The position numbers were made by a program, and so were the translations under genes. Source: Cyanophora paradoxa CCMP329 (Eukaryota > Plantae > Glaucophyta). Taken from it: DNA of 64,000 nucleotides. Shown here piece by piece: positions 46,281-57,700 of the stretch (positions are counted from its first letter, which is position 1; every line of letters begins with the position of its first letter). The stretch spans positions 57,708-121,707 of the forward strand of contig QPMI01000418.1 in the NCBI GenBank assembly GCA_004431415.1. Direction: 5' to 3'. The notes beneath the pieces were generated by a model that had not been told where the DNA came from, ran no database searches, and saw only the letters and a program-made list of their open reading frames with translations.

Positions 46281-48394
46281 CACCCTTGACCCTATATGCT
46301 GTGGTCCTGCCCTCCCGGCCCTCAGACCCCCACCGACCTTCCCGGGGCGTCCCCAACCGCCACGCCGCCCCCCGGTCTCCACTGGCGGCACCCTACCTAC
46401 CCTAGACTCCCCACCATCCTCCCCCGACCACCCAGCCCTCCCGCGCTCCCCAACTGTGCTTGAGTCTACCCCGCCTCGCCCTGCAGGGCCCGCCACCCCC
46501 CTCCCTCCCGGTGCTCGCTACGCCCAAGAACTCGCCTCTCAGCTCGCTGACCTGGCCCGCAACGAAGCTTCCGCAACAGCACGCCGTCTCTTCCGGCCGT
46601 CCCACGTGACCCCACTCGAGGCGGCGACCATCCTAGCTGAAGCCGCTCACCGCGACGCCGCCCAGCCGCCACCACGGTCCGCCAAAACATCTAAAACGGT
46701 CGCAAAGAAAGAGGCGGCCCGGACTCCGGCCAAGAACCGTATCCCGAACCCAGCCTATACTCCTGACAACTGCCACAATGACGCCGTTGACAAGCTCGCC
46801 AAAACGACCCCAGACGCCCCCCTCTCAGCCCTTCTCTTCATTCCCTACAGCTTCAAATGCTTCCTCATCCGCATCGGCCTCCCGCCCCCGTCATCCCAAG
46901 GCCCAGTTCCAGGAGCCGAGCCCTACAGAGGCAGACTACATGCATACCGCGTTGAGGGGGACCCCCGCTCTCACTTCCTAGCCGAAGCCTCCCTCTCCCA
47001 ATACCTCGACTGGCGCCAGCTTCGCAACGCGGGGGCCGTCCTCAGCAATCCCCACGTTACCCTCGCCCCAGCCCTCTCCCTCGTGTCCGACAAGCCACCG
47101 GACCGCCGTACCCCCACAGGCGATCACCTCCGCAAAGTCAGATTCCAGTGCATTCTTGGAGGCCTCCCCTCCCTCACCATCCGCCTCCTCCATGACCCCG
47201 ACCTATACGGCCCTCTCTTTCCTGACGGTATCGCCCACTGCCCCTTCTGTCACCTCCCTCCCACCCCGGCCCCAGTCCCCGAGGATCCTGCTTCCCCACC
47301 CCCACCCTCCCCGCCCCCTGCCACGCTCACCCCCCCGGGCTCCCCACCGCCCCCTTCCCCACCGAGGGCCGCAGACCCCAGACAGCCCGACCCCACAACC
47401 CACCCCCCGAAGACTTCATTCACATATTTACTTGCCCCGCCGCTCGCCTCCTCCTCCAAGCTCTCCAGGACGCACTCGTGACCTTCCTCCGCACCCGGGT
47501 TCTCCGCCACTCGCCCAAACCCTTAGGACACGACGATACTATTTTTCAACTCTTTCCCTTCCTCCGCCTCGTCTCCCCTGACCCCGCCTCTCCCCTCCAA
47601 TCCGCCCTCCTCTCCCCCACTGAAAATCCGGCCCTTTTCCGCCCCCCAGGTCTCACCGATACCCTATGGACAAAGCTTAGCCCGGCCTTGGCTGACCTGC
47701 TCCCCTTCCCCGCCCCTGCCCTCCTGCGCCTCGGTACCCCGGCAGGAATGCCCGCCCTCTGCACAGCCCTGGGCATCAACAAGACCACCACAATGTCCAT
47801 CCAAAAAGATTTAGCGCTACTCCTTGACCAACACCTCCGTGCGATCTGGAGGGACCGCTGCGCCCGCAACCACGCCTGGGAGCTCCGACAAGGCATCACT
47901 GACAGAACCAAACGTCGATACCGCAAACATGCCGACACCAAACCCTCCCGCTCGCCGCCAGTACAGCCGCCTGGTCCCCCCCTCCCCCCCCGCCCCTCCC
48001 CGCCCCCTCCCTCCATGATACTATCTCCATCACTGACTTCTGCTGCGGATTGGACTCGGAAAGCCAACCATGGGTTCTCCTGGAAAATTTCCGCCAGGCA
48101 ACTGCACGACTCCCTGCCTCCCCCTCGCCCCAGACCGCCCCCTCCCCCCAGGCCCCCCCCGCCCCCCAGCCGCCCAATACCAGCACCGTAGCCATGACAT
48201 CGGACTTCTCTTGTACCTGTGGCACCCGATTTGCCTCCGCAGCTGCCCTCCAAGCCCACTCCGACGCCAGACGGGGAAAGTGCCCCGCTCGCCCTGAGAC
48301 CACCCCATACCCTAGATCTGCCTCCCAACCTGCTGCACCCCCAACGCAACCTTCTCACAAGAACCCCGACAATGGCACCCTGCCCGCTTTGCCC

Positions 48395-49557
48395 TTTTTT
48401 TTGCAAAAATGACGGTATATTGACGGCACTACCACATCAATCTACCGGACCCTTCCGAAAGTAGACAAGTCGAATCTACCCAAAACCGAAGTTTACCAGT
48501 CTGCCTCACTAACAAGTAGAGAATAGCAAGACAGCTGCCCATGGGCCCATCCTCATAAAAGGTCCTGAAAAAACAGACCTATGTACTGCGGGGAGCAAGG
48601 GTTCTCGTTTTCCGATAGCCTGCCCACGTACACCTCAGTACATAATAGCCTATATTCCAGGATGCACGAGGCATATCCCTACGAGGAGTCACGAAAGCAG
48701 GAAAGGATCTGCGAAGGAACCCAACCTCAGAGATAGACGACGAGAAAGAAAGAAACGTAGCGTCGCGCGCGTCGCCTACTCCTACTTCTATATCTAGGAC
48801 GAGAGAAAGAGAAAGGGGGACGACTGCGGGTGGCGCGCGGCGCCCCCAACTCCGCCCACGGCGACCCGCGCGGGGCCGCCGCTGGAGCGGTTTGCCAGGG
48901 GTGAGCCGCCACCTCGCGCCGCGGTTCCTCCTCCTCGAGCTCCCGCCACCAGTGCGTGAGAACCAGTCCGCCGCCGCCAGACACCTGCCCCCGATCGCAG
49001 CGCGGCCGCGGCGAGGCTCCACCGTCGCCGACCCGCTGGCGGGCGCCCCCGGGTGCCCGCAGGAGAGAGACGCGGGCCGCCGGAGGACGAGGACCCGAGA
49101 GCGGAGCAGAGAGGAGAGTCCCGGCGCCGGAGGAGACGCACAGGAGGACCCCCGCGCGGCGGAACCTCGGCGGCCGCCGGTCATCGAGAGGCCGGCGTCA
49201 TCTGGCGGGAGGAATGGTCCTACTCGCTCCGCCTCTGCCGCCTTCTCCTTTGCCGGGCGCTGTTGGATGGTGCGTCCGAAGAGCAACCTGCGCGCACGCG
49301 GAGGATCCGCCGCGCCCGGGGCGTCCTTACGCGCACGGCGTACGATCCAGGACGAGCCCAGATCGGCGCCGGACCCGCCAGGCGCGGCTGTCGATCTTTC
49401 CCGAGATTGCGCTAGCTGCCAGCGGGCGCGATGATCCCGGGCTTGCCGGAACGCCAGCAGGCTGTAGAAGACGAAGCTGCTACGCACTGTCCCCCGCGGG
49501 GTGCACAAGGGCGCCGCCAGAGGCGGCCCTCGCAACCCCGTACCCCCCCGAGGGAAT
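48395..49557 (-). mobile_element. Short poly(A) retroposon C (1.16 kb, SINE-like or 3' remnant of a related LINE)
   Basis: T8 at 48395-48402; 19-bp TSD CACCCTGCCCGCTTTGCCC at 48376-48394 and 49558-49576; absent from A1 and A3; no recognisable coding domain. Confidence 0.9.
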
Positions 49558-50060
49558 CACCCTGCCCGCTTTGCCCACGGGCCCTACGTCCGCTACTCAA
49601 CCTTCCAAGCGCCCCGCCCTAACGCCCCCCCTGGCCCCTCCCTCGAAACGAACTCGCCCTTCGCCTACCTCACGCAAACGGACAACCGATACTCCCCCCG
49701 CCCCGGCACCCAAACGCCCGTGCCCCATGACCCCTCCCCTTCCCGCCTCTGCACCCGCCCCACCCGTACATACGGCGAAAAGAAAGGCAGCCGGTCGCAA
49801 GACTCCCAAGCGCGGGACCAAAAAAGCGCGAACGGTTTCGATACCCGCTGGACAACTCACAATCACGTCCCTCTTCGCACCTGGAGTGTACAAACCACTA
49901 ACGACGCTTCCAGTAGCCGACTCTCCCCCCCCCTCCTCGCTTCAGCCGGCCCCCCCGACCGAGACCCCGCACGATGCCGCCCCGCCGCCCCCTACGGTAC
50001 CTCCCCCGGCCCCAACCGACTCACAAGTGTCGAACCCCTCGTTGACTCCGGCCAACCCTA

Positions 50061-50185
50061 TGGCTTCGGCCCTCCCATTGGCTTCGGCCCCCCCCCCGGC
50101 TTCGGCCACCCCATCGGCTTCGGCCCCCCCCCCGGCTTCGGCCACCCCATCGGCCTCGGCCACCCCTCTGGCCTCGGCCACCCCC
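50061..50185 (+). repeat. 18-bp coding microrepeat (GGCTTCGGCCACCCCATC-like), also in A1 (~15970-16100) and A3 (~52330-52445)
   Basis: Direct reading. Confidence 0.8.
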
Positions 50186-50443
50186 CCTACTCAGACCGAC
50201 CCCTCCCGACCCCTCGCGACCCGCCTCCTCTCCGCACTCCCCGCTCTCTGCGCCGCCTGTCAGTGCCCACGCTCACTCCACTCTGCCGTCCCGGCACCGC
50301 TCCCTGCCCTGCCCCGCATCCGCTGCCCACCCCCTCCCGCTGCCGCCGCCCACTCCCTCTCCTTCCTCATATCTTCCTCCTACCACCTTCTTCACCTCGA
50401 CAGAACGGGACACCGATTAATCGGGGTCCTGGGGCGCAGGTGA

Positions 50444-50767
50444 GGAGGAGGGAGGAGGCAGAGTGAGGAGGAGGAAGGGTGGCGGCGCGGCGGCAAGGGA
50501 GGGCGGCGGACTGCGAGACATTTCACTTCCAGGGCTCATGAGGGATGGAGGAGTTGATCAAGGGGTGGGCGCGCGGGCCTGGTTACGGCTATCACCGAAA
50601 ACCATGGCTCCCCCACTCAGGCGAACCTCCCATATTGAGCGACCCATGGCCGGCACCTTGCTAGCGTCTTCGGCTAGACAGATGACCGGTCGGAAGGGCA
50701 CGTCACGTAGAACATTGATACATGTGCCGTGGTGTATCAATGCGACGTCCACTTTTGCAAAAAAAAA
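50444..50767 (+). promoter_or_regulatory. Family A 3' UTR with terminal stem-loop and poly(A)
   Basis: Near-identical in A0, A1 and A3; perfect 10-bp stem CATTGATACA (50713-50722) / TGTATCAATG (50733-50742) ~15 nt before the poly(A). Confidence 0.75.
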
Positions 50768-51454
50768 GCGTACTGGCGCGCATAGACATAGCAGGGCCTG
50801 CGCACCCCCGAAATCCGCTTTTCGGAGCCGGAGCAGCGCAGGAAGGTACCCGACGGCAAAAATTCGATCCTGCACGGGCCCGGACATCTTTCCGTGCGCC
50901 CACGCCGCGGCGCACGCGCGGAACGATAGCATAAGCATTTGAGATGTAGACAAAGCCTTCCGCACGCTTTGCCGATGCGCGGGGCCGCGAGGACCCAGCC
51001 GACCCCGAAAATTCGATCCTGCATGGACCTGCACGTCTTTCCGCGCGCCCTCGCCTCCGCAGCCCCGCACATCGATGCTATATGCATTCGAGATTCTGTT
51101 TAAGCGATTCGCAAGCTCTGTGCATGCGCCTGGCCGCGAGAACCTCGCCCCTCCCGGGCCTCCCGGGAGGAAGCCCAGGGCTGCCGCCGCCCTACTCGCC
51201 AGGCGCGCACTCGATCGACGTACCCCCGTCGTCTTCTGTCGCAGCTAGCCTAGCTATAGTGGTAGTATCGGTGGCTTTAATTTTCTTAGCAGCATTTCCG
51301 AGCCATGCGTACGGTGCGCACGCATTTAAATTTCACGGTGCGCGTGCGCATGCGTGATCCCTCTGGGCGTGGGCTCTCTCATCTCTTTCAAGTTTGATCG
51401 ATACCCGTCTCGGGCAGCGCTCTTCCGACGACCGGCCCGGATCACCGCATCGCA

Positions 51455-51742
51455 ATGGCTCCCGATCTCTTCGACGTGGAGTCGATTTTCGACGACGTGA
51501 AAACGGGGCTGGATACATTCAAAGTGCCATTCTTGATCATCGAGGCAGATAGGGAGGCCTTCCTTTGTTTTGCTTATCGGGAGATCGACGCGCCCTCTCT
51601 CCCCGAGGACGGGGATCCCCCGCGCGCCGCACTCAAGGTCTGCGCACGCCCTCCAGATGTATGCGGCCTCGGGGCCTTCTGATCCCGTTGCGCTCGCGCA
51701 TGCAGGCTGCAGTAAAATCGCTCACGGCCTTCATCGACGAGG
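51455..51742 (+). pseudogene. 5' part of a spliced gene of unknown function, interrupted by A3
   Basis: ATG 51455, 61-codon exon, GT..CTGAT..CAG intron 51638-51705, in-frame exon 2 AAVKSLTAFIDE cut by the A3 poly(T); AT-rich ATTTAAATTT ~130 bp upstream. Confidence 0.55.
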
Positions 51743-54700
51743 TTTTTTTGCAAAAGTGGACGTCGCATTGATACACCACGGCACATGTATCAATGTTCTA
51801 CGTGACGTGCCCTTCCGACCGGTCAACTATCTAGCCGAAGGTGCTAGCTAGGTGCCGGCCATGGGTCGCTCAATATGGGAGGTTCGCCTGAGTGGGGGAG
51901 CCATGGTTTTCGGTGATAGCCGTAACCAGACCCGCGCGCCCACCCCTTGATCAACTCCTCCATCCCTCATGAGCCCTGGAAGTGAAATGTCTCGCAGTCC
52001 GCCGCCCTCCCTTGCCGCCGCTCCGCCACGCCTCCTCCTCCCCACTCCGCCTCCTCCCTCCTCCTCACCTGCGCCCCAGGACCCCGATTAATCGGTGTCC
52101 CGTTTTGTCGAGGTGAAGAAGGTGGTAGGAGGAAGATATGAGGAAGGAGAGGGAGTGGGCGGAGGCAGCAGCTTGGGGCGGGCAGCGGATGCGGGGCAAG
52201 GCAGGGGGAGGTGCCGGGACAGCAGTGTGGAGTGAGCGTGGGCATTGGCAGGCGGCGCAGAGAGCTGGGAGTGCGGAGACGAGGCGGGCCGCGAGGGGTC
52301 GGGAGGGGTCGACCGGGTGAGAGGGGGGGGCCGAGGCCAGGGGGGTGGCCGAAGCCATGGGGTTGGCCGAAGCCAGGGGGGTGGCCGAAGCCAAAGGGGG
52401 GGCCGAGGCCATTGGGGGGGCCGAAGCCATAGGGGTGGCCGGAGCCAGCGGGGGGTCTGGCACTTGAGGGCCGGTTGGGGTCGGGGGGGAGACCGTAGGG
52501 GGCTGAGGGGCAGCGTCTTGCGAGGTCCCGAGCGGGGGGGTCAGCTGGAGCGAGGGGGGGGAGGGGGAGTTGGCTGCTTGCAGCGTCGTAAGTGGTTTGT
52601 ACACTCCGGGTGCAAAGAGGGACGTGATTGTGGGTTGCCCCGTGGGTATCGGCACCGTTCGCGCTTTTTTGGTCATGCGCCTGGGAGTCTTGCGGCCGGT
52701 TGCCTTTCTTTTTGCCGTAGGTACGGGCCGGGCGGGTGTAGAGGCGGGAGGGGGAGGGGTCGCGGGGCGCGGGCATTTTGGTGCCGGGGCGGAGGGGGTA
52801 TCGGCTGTCCGTTTACGTGAGGCAGGCGACGGGCGTGTTCGTTTTGGGGGAGGGGCCAGGGGGGGCCCCGGAGCGGGGCGTTTGGAAGGTTGGGTAGTGT
52901 TCGTAGGACCCGCGGGCGAAGCGGGCAGGATGCCAGTGTCGGAGTTCTCGTGTGACTGTCGTGCTGGGGGTACCGCAGGTGGGGAGGCAGGGCAGGAGGT
53001 GATCTCAGGGCGGGCGGGGCATTTTCCCCGTCTGGCGTCGGAGTGGGCCTGGAGGGCAGATGCAGAGGCGAACCGAGTGCCGCAGGTGCAGGAGAAGTCA
53101 GACGTCCCGGCGGCGGGTCCTGCATCGGGCAGCTGGGAGGAGGGGGGGGCCTGGGGTGAGGGGCGACGGGGAGTCGTGCAATTGCTTGGCGGAAGTTTTC
53201 CAAGAGAATCCATGGTTGGCCTTCCGAGCCCAATTCGCAGCAGAAGTCGGTGATGGAGATGGTATCATGGAGGGAGGGGGCGGGGGGAGGGCGGGGGGGA
53301 GGGGGGGGACTGGGCGGCTGTATTAGAGGCGAGCGGGAGGGTTTGGAGTCTGCATGTTTGCGGTACCGACGTTTGGTTCTGTCATTGATGCCGTGTCGGA
53401 GCTCCCAGGCGTGGTTGCGGGCGCAGCGGTCTCTCCAGATTGCACGGAGGTGTTGGTCGAGGAGCAGCGCTAGGTCTTTTTGGATTGACGATGAGGTGGT
53501 CTTGTTGATACCCAGAGCTGTGCAGAGGGCAGGCAGTCCTGCCGGTGTACCGAGGCGTAGGAGAGCGAGGGCGGGGAAGGGAAGCATGTCGGCCAGGGCC
53601 GGGCTGAGTTTTTTCCATAGTGTATCGGCGAGGCCGGGGGGGCGGAAGAGAGCCGGATTTGCGGTGGGGGAGAGAAGGGCGGAATGGAGGGGAGAGGCGG
53701 GGTCAGGAGAAACGAGGCGGAGGAAGGGGAAGAGTTGAAAGATGGTATCGTCGTGTCCTAGTGGTTTGGGCGAGTGGCGGAGAACCCGGGTACGGAGGAA
53801 GGTCACGAGTGCGTCCTGGAAAGCTTGGAGAAGGAGGCGAGCGGCGGGGCAAGTAAATATGTGGACGAAGTCTTCGGGGGGGTGGGTTGTGGGGTCGGGC
53901 GGTCTGGGGTCTGCGGCCGCCGGTGGGGAAGAGGGCGAGGGGGAGCCCGGGGGGGTGCATGTGGCAGGGGGCGGGGAGGGGGAGGGTGGGGAAGCAGCAT
54001 CTTCGGGGATGGGGGCAGGGGTGGGAGGGAGGTGACAGAAGGGGCAGTGGGCGGTGCCGTCGGGGAAGAGAGGGCCGTAGAGGTCGGGGTCGTGGAGAAG
54101 GCGGATGGTGAGGGAGGGAAGGCTTCCAAGCATGCATTGGAATCTGACTTTGCGGAGGTGGTCGCCTGTGGGGGTGCGGCGGTCCGGTGGCTTGTCGGAC
54201 ACTAGGGAGAGGGCTGGAGCAAGGGTAACATGGGGGTTGCTGAGGACGGCCCCCGCGTTGCGAAGCTGGCGCCAGTCGAGGTATTGGGAGAGGGAGGCTT
54301 CGGCTAGGAAGTGAGAGCGGGGGTCCCCCTCGACGCGGTACGCATGGAGTCTGCCTCGGTAGGGCTCGGCCCCGGGGACTGGGCCGTGGGATAGTGGGGG
54401 CGGGAGGCCAACACGGATGAGGAAGCATTTGAAACTGTGGGGAATGAAAAGAAGGGCGGAGAGGGGGCGTCGGGGGCTGTTTTAGCAAGCTTGTCAACGG
54501 CGTCATTGTGGCGGTTGTCAGGGGTGTAGGCTGGGTTCGGGATACGATTCTTAGCCGGGGTGCGGGCCGCCTCTTTCTGTGCGGCTGTTTTGGATGTTTT
54601 GGCGGACCGTGGTTGCGGCAGGGTGGCTTCACGGTGAGCGGCTTCAGTTAGGATGGACGCCGCTTCGAGTGGGGTAACGTGGGACGGCCGGAAGAGACGG

Positions 54701-57700
54701 CGCGCTGTGGCGGAGGCTTCGTTGCGAGCCAGGTCGGCGAGCTGAGAGGCGAGTTCTTGGGCGTAGCGGGCGCCGGGAGGGAGGGGGGTGGCGGGCCCTT
54801 CGGGGCGGGGCGGGGAGACTCAAGCACAGTTGGGGAGCGCGGGAGGGCTGGATGGTTGGGGAGGATGGTGGGGAGTCGAGGGTAGGGAGGGTGCCGCCGG
54901 TGGAGACTGGGGGCGGCGCGGCGGATGGGTACGCCCGGGGAAGGTCGGCGGGGCCGGAGGGCCGGGAGGGTTGGGCTGCAGCATAGGGGGTCAAGGGTGA
55001 CGGACCCGTAGCAGAGGCTGAGGGCAATATATTCACGGTATCTGCGGAGCGCTGCAGCGTCGGCCTGAATGTAGGCTGGGGGGCGGGGCAGGTCCGACGG
55101 GGTAAGTGCTGAGGAGCGACTGAGTAGGTCAGCTGTGAGGAGGAGGAGTGGACCGCAGGCCGTGCTGTTTGGGGGCTGGAGAACGGAAAGGGATGTCTCC
55201 GGCGTAGATAGGTCCATCTGCAGAAGGGAGTGGGGGGGAGGGGGGTCCAGAGTCGCGCTGACTCCAAGTGGCCGCCAAGTCTTGTGCAAAGGAGACAAGG
55301 TGATCAGGGACGTCGAGGGAGCCATTGTAGAAGTAGAATGAGCGCGTCTGTGGAAATAGAGCAAGTAGGTGCCAGTGTCCCGGAGGTCTGCTGGAGGAAG
55401 GGGTCAGCGAGGGGGCTGGTGGGGTCTGTTGAATTGGGCAATAGGTGAGGATGGGGACGAGAACGAGGCGGGCATCGAGGAGTCGTCCGTGGGGGATGTA
55501 TCGGTGTAGGGGGAGGAGGGCAGAACCCCGAGAGTCGAAGTGGGAGGCTGCTCTAGCAGGGTAGGAGCTGGACGATAGGAGGTGAGCAGGGTGGGGTGAG
55601 GCCAGGGCGGCTTCCCGGGAAGAGAGCAGGTCAAAAAAGGCTTCCACGAGGGGGAGGCTGAGGGGGGCATTCGGACGGAGGTGTATAAGGTCGCCTCGTC
55701 GAATGAGTGAGTAACAGTGAGGGTCGGCTCGGGGGGCGGGTGGGAGGGGGGGCTTCGACGCGAGGGTTTGCTCCGCGCAATAATCATTGTCTGCGAAGCG
55801 GAAGGCATTCCCCAGCCAGCTTTTCTCCGCCAGCGTCAGCGGGCGAGGGAGGGGGAATTCAGTCGGGTGGACGGGGGTTCGGCCTGGGGAGGCATGCGCA
55901 ACGGGGTGGGCCGCGGGCGACGGAGGGCGTGGGATTGAGGAGTGGGCGTGGGAGGGGGTGGAGGGATGCGGGGAGGGGGGAGGGGAGTTGGGGGATCGGG
56001 GGGGTGTAAGGGGCAAGGGGGAAGGGGGGGGACGGAAGGGAGGGGGGGTGGGGTCTCGTTTGCGTCGGACCCGGCGGCGGGCTTTTGCTGCCGTGTGCTG
56101 GGAGGGGCGGGAGCTGGTGCGTGGGGTCGTGCGCTGCCGTTTTGTTGTGAAAGCCGGGCCGTTGGCCTGGATTGTCCCCAGGAGGACCTCAGGGTCCCGG
56201 AGGAGGAGAGCGGCCGCCCAGCGTTCCCGGTAGATGGGGGCGTGGAAGGGGATGGGGCGGCCCCGTCCTTTGCCGTACAGGTGGACTTCCTCGCCGCGGC
56301 CAATGAACTCAGCGGCGGTCATGACGAAGAGAGCGTCTTCACCCGTGTGGACGTGTTTCCAAGCTTGCGTGGGGAAGGTGCTGGTGTCGTATTTCCAGGC
56401 CGAGCGTGGAGAGGGGTCGCCAGGGCGGAGGGTCGCCGTCCACCATTTGAGGACCCAGTCTTTAAGAAGGACCGTGACGTCGGAGGCGGGTTTGCGGGTG
56501 ACGTCCAGGATGCGGATTTCGCGGAGGCGGGCTGAGATGATTGCTAGTCGCCAGGGTCGGGACCAGAGGGTGGTAGGGGAAGGAGAATATAGTCGTACTC
56601 CGTTGGGGAGAAGGGGTGCGGGACGTAGATCGGTCCGTTAGCGGCCGGCCTGCGCGGGTCTTGAGCGAGAGGGTGGAAGGGCTGTGCCCATGAGGATTGA
56701 GGTTGCGTGGGAGGACGAAAGAAAGAGGCACTTGGGGGTGGTGGGGGCGTGCAGCCGGAAGGAGACTTGCCGGTTCTGAAGAAGTCTGAAGAAAGCGTCA
56801 ATGGGTTCTGCAGGTATGGGTTGTTCGAGGAGAAGGGGTGTGGCCAGGTGGGCCCCAGACCGGGGGTTGGGGTCGATGAGGGAGAGAGGAGCCGCTCTAA
56901 GGGCGGCCAGGCGAGATTTTATGCCATCGAGGAGGGGAAGTACTCGGCGGTCATACCGGGGGCCGTCAGGATCGATGGCAGCCGAGTAGGGAATGGCTCG
57001 GCGGCCATATCGTTCGAACAGTATGGGGAGGGCGCCGGTTTGGTCGCGGAGTGGGAAAGTGGGTGGGGGGCCGGGCGGGGCGGGGGTGGGGTGGCAGTGC
57101 GGGCAGGATAGGGCAGGTCCCCGTGCCCATTGTTCTGCGATCAGGGAGGAAATGGGGAGTCCCCACATGCCAGGATCACAGCGGTGGTACGCGATCGGAG
57201 GGGCACCAGCCTCAGCTTGGGGAGTGGGGGCAAGCGTGAGATCTTCGTCCCAATACCAGGCGGGGAGAGGCGTGTCGCGGTCGGCGGGGACAGCCGGTTT
57301 GCAGAGGGAAGTGTGATAGAAAGTCCAGCTGGGGCCGGGGGCCCGAGGGTGGGCGAGGTGGTGGTCGAGGGCGAGCTTCCTTGTAGGCCCGGGGTCGGGA
57401 TATTCGGCGTCGGGGGGGTCCTCGGGGAGTGGTTGAAGGAAGATTGGGTTGGGAGGGGAGTAACATTGGAAGGAGATGTTGCGAGTGATGTTTTTGCGTC
57501 CGAAGGCTTCTAGGAAGGCTGAGTAGGCGCGGAGGATGTCGCAGTCCGAAGTGATGGTGAGATGTTCGTCGGAGGGGAGGAGAGCGTGGTTTTTGGGGAT
57601 GCGGATGCAGCGGTTCCAGATGAGAGTTTCCTCCGCTACGAATGCTCGTTCGAGTCTAGCCGACGCGAGGGGGACGAGGTCTGGGATCAGGTGGATGTTG

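Larger units (their letters stand above)
42779..46803 (+). other. RNase H domain of A0, apparently split: IYTDAS...WVPSH (42779-43198) and HNDAVDKLAK (46774-46803)
   Basis: YTDAS, NLGELAG, IITDSQ, LQWVPSH; the terminal N-x-x-x-D-x-L-A-K helix is found only ~3.6 kb downstream. Confidence 0.75.
45365..50443 (+). pseudogene. A0 polyprotein C-terminal part (frameshifted, interrupted by C): Ulp1-like protease, RNase H end, CCHC, IWRDRC..WE motif, C2HC finger, basic tract, PIP-like motif
   Basis: ORFs 45499..47481, 47478..48191, 48050..48412, 48956..50443; CPFC...EDFIHIFTC; FSCTCGTRFASAAALQAHSDARRGKC; QLTITSLF. Confidence 0.75.
1..50767 (+). mobile_element. Giant non-LTR retrotransposon, family A copy A0 (5' end outside window), interrupted by four nested insertions; reconstructed length >=26.3 kb
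   Basis: APE, RT (YADD), RNase H and CCHC motifs at 37.9-47.4 kb; 3' end CACTTTTGC-poly(A) at ~50749-50767. Exact TSDs around three nested inserts (15373-15390/22324-22341; 26147-26161/34444-34458; 48376-48394/49558-49576). Flanking ORF pieces rejoin in frame. The same Pro-rich repeat family and C-rich sense strand recur across the segments. Confidence 0.8.

Noticed and set aside
48579-49535. 318-aa ORF in retroposon C
   Set aside because: No motif and compositionally typical of GC-rich noise
47100-50443. Assignment to Dualen/RandI (dual endonuclease)
   Set aside because: No restriction-like PD-(D/E)xK endonuclease motif seen after the CCHC; clade needs RT phylogeny
15391-52100. Repeated ~320-bp ends as LTRs/TIRs of a single large element
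   Set aside because: Each is a LINE 3' UTR with its own poly(A); A1 has its own TSD
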